Under the pieces are notes generated by a model that saw only the letters and a program-made list of their open reading frames with translations, did no database searches and was not told the DNA's origin. This document shows, one piece after another, positions 60,488 through 64,000 of a stretch of 64,000 bases of DNA (positions are counted from its first letter, which is position 1; each line of letters starts with the position of its first letter). Origin of the DNA: the human T2T-CHM13v2.0 reference genome, Homo sapiens; the NCBI RefSeq assembly GCF_009914755.1, contig NC_060936.1; one strand, given 5' to 3'. A program made the position numbers and the translations under genes.

Positions 60488-62053
60488 GCCAATTGGGGAG
60501 GCATTATTTGAAGATTGGGACAGCTCTCGAATATGATTACAGAAAATTTGGACAGCCTAAAATACTGAAAACATTGGGTGATTTCAAGGTGACTCAGTTA
60601 CTGAGATGCAGATGTTTCTTGTGCCCTGGGGGAAAATTCTCAATAAATTTATGGAATTAGAAATCTAACAGACAGACAGTACAGGAACATGATGTAAAAC
60701 TAAAAGGGAAACAGGCAAGACTACAGTTAGAAGAACCAAATCCTGGGCTAGATATTGGAATGAGGGAATTTCCTCTAGATGAAATAACTCTACCCAGGAG
60801 AGGTAAGATTTTTTGAATGAGTAGTATTTCATGGCCAGGCCAGCTGTAGGCCTGACAATGCACAAAAAATATAACAAACCCAGCAGCTATAACTGAGATT
60901 TAAAAATAACTCTTCAAGACTGAAACTTTTTATACCCAGTCTAATGGTGTAAATATTGTGGCCTATACTTTTCTGCATATTTCTGATCTGGCTATTTACT
61001 CACTTATAGCAGATTACATTTACCATAGAACTTTGAGCATATTTATATAAGAACCTGGAAAATATTAGGGGGCTGTGTTCACATTTTATATATATTGTGC
61101 ATTGCTTGTTGGTGCTTCAGTAGTTAAACAAAGTGAACGTAACCTAAGCCAATTTCGAGTTGCCAGTATTTCTATTCTTGCTTAAAATGAATGCTCCCCG
61201 ATAATGCAGTACTCATAAATTTAAAAACATTTACTTTAGCCAACTGTATATGGTTGTATTTGGAGACATACCTTTATGGGATGATACATAGAAAGAAGTT
61301 AAGAATACTAAGATGTCCAAGTTTCTAAATAGCAGAAATATAAATCAACAGGACCCCAAAGGTGATCACTCTTTCCAAAGGGGAGGCATAAATAGAATAA
61401 AACTGATGGAATTCGGGGACCATGCGAAACTGAAAACAGCCATAAATGACTGCATGAGGTCAGAGCATCATTTGAGCAAGTGACTGGAGTGATCCACATT
61501 ACAAAGCTACAGATGTTGCCAACAGAATTATCTGCTATAAATATAAATTACCCCAGTCTATGGAGAAATCAGGGGTTTAGAACCAGTTAAAAGTCCAACT
61601 GGAATAACTGATAAGCATAATGAGAGGGAGAGCAAAACAGTTCCATGGTGCTGGCACTTTGCTAAGACTACAGTGTCTACTTTATACTCAGGGGATAGTG
61701 GACAAGTGCAGTCTATGGGACTTCATTATTGGTGCTGGGGCTTTACTATCCAAGACTGAAGATATCCTTCCTAAGACTGAAAGATTTGAAGATTATGAAT
61801 TCTGAGGCTATTCAGTTTTTAAAGCCCAGTTTAAATCTGAATATAGAGGAAGTACATTTATAAAATGATCTTAGCCTAATAAGTGTTAGAAGTCTTCCTG
61901 GATTAAGAATCATCACAGATTTCAGCAACAAAAATTCATACGGGAGGAAGAATGTCATACTGATCTCTTAAACATCCACAATTGCTGAATCCCAGGGAAG
62001 TTATAGGAATGATTTCAAACGAATACAATGTAAAAAAAAAAAAAAATGTTTGG

Positions 62054-62341
<288 letters not shown>

Positions 62342-62531
62342 GTTTGGGCCCATAATTAAGTAGTTGATCAGTCCCTATATAGGTGAAACTCCTAGGAGGC
62401 TCTTTCACAAAGTGTAAACAATATAATATACCCTAAGAAGCAGTAACTGAAGTGGATATACATAAAGAAGATGGACATGCCTTGCTTCTGCAACACATAC
62501 TGACCCAAATGGACTTGAAAAATATATGGTC

Positions 62532-64000
<1,469 letters not shown>

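Noticed and set aside
60490-62050. Host gene exons in unique DNA
   Set aside because: Only 60-70 aa chance ORFs with no recognisable protein similarity or paired splice sites.

Overview
Primate (hominoid, most likely human) AT-rich, gene-poor DNA dominated by transposable elements; no recognisable host protein-coding exon, RNA gene, CpG island or prokaryotic/CRISPR feature. Roughly 28 kb (~44%) is primate L1PA sequence, about half the window once older L1M is included. Main structures: (i) a three-layer nest in which a full-length L1PA4-like element (14254-20402, -) sits in ORF1 of a full-length L1PA6-like element (9531-21835, -), itself inserted in the terminal repeat of a MER5A; (ii) a full-length L1PA2-like element (49067-55088, +) with a 19-bp TSD, a short 3' transduction-like segment and an open ORF0; (iii) 5'-truncated L1PA3/4/7/8/15-like copies, three Alus, ERV1/MaLR/ERVL solo LTRs, MER5A, MER3, MADE1, Arthur1/MER69, MIRs, L2s and microsatellites. 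All full-length L1s have broken ORF1/ORF2. Nearly every long ORF in the track is L1 or Alu debris. I did not find a new biological system; the best leads are the transduction tag, open ORF0, the side-by-side ZNF93-site 5'UTR series, NAHR-prone L1 arrays, an AP-1/RUNX/E-box cluster and a few speculative small exons. Subfamily calls rest on remembered diagnostic positions, not on a RepeatMasker run.
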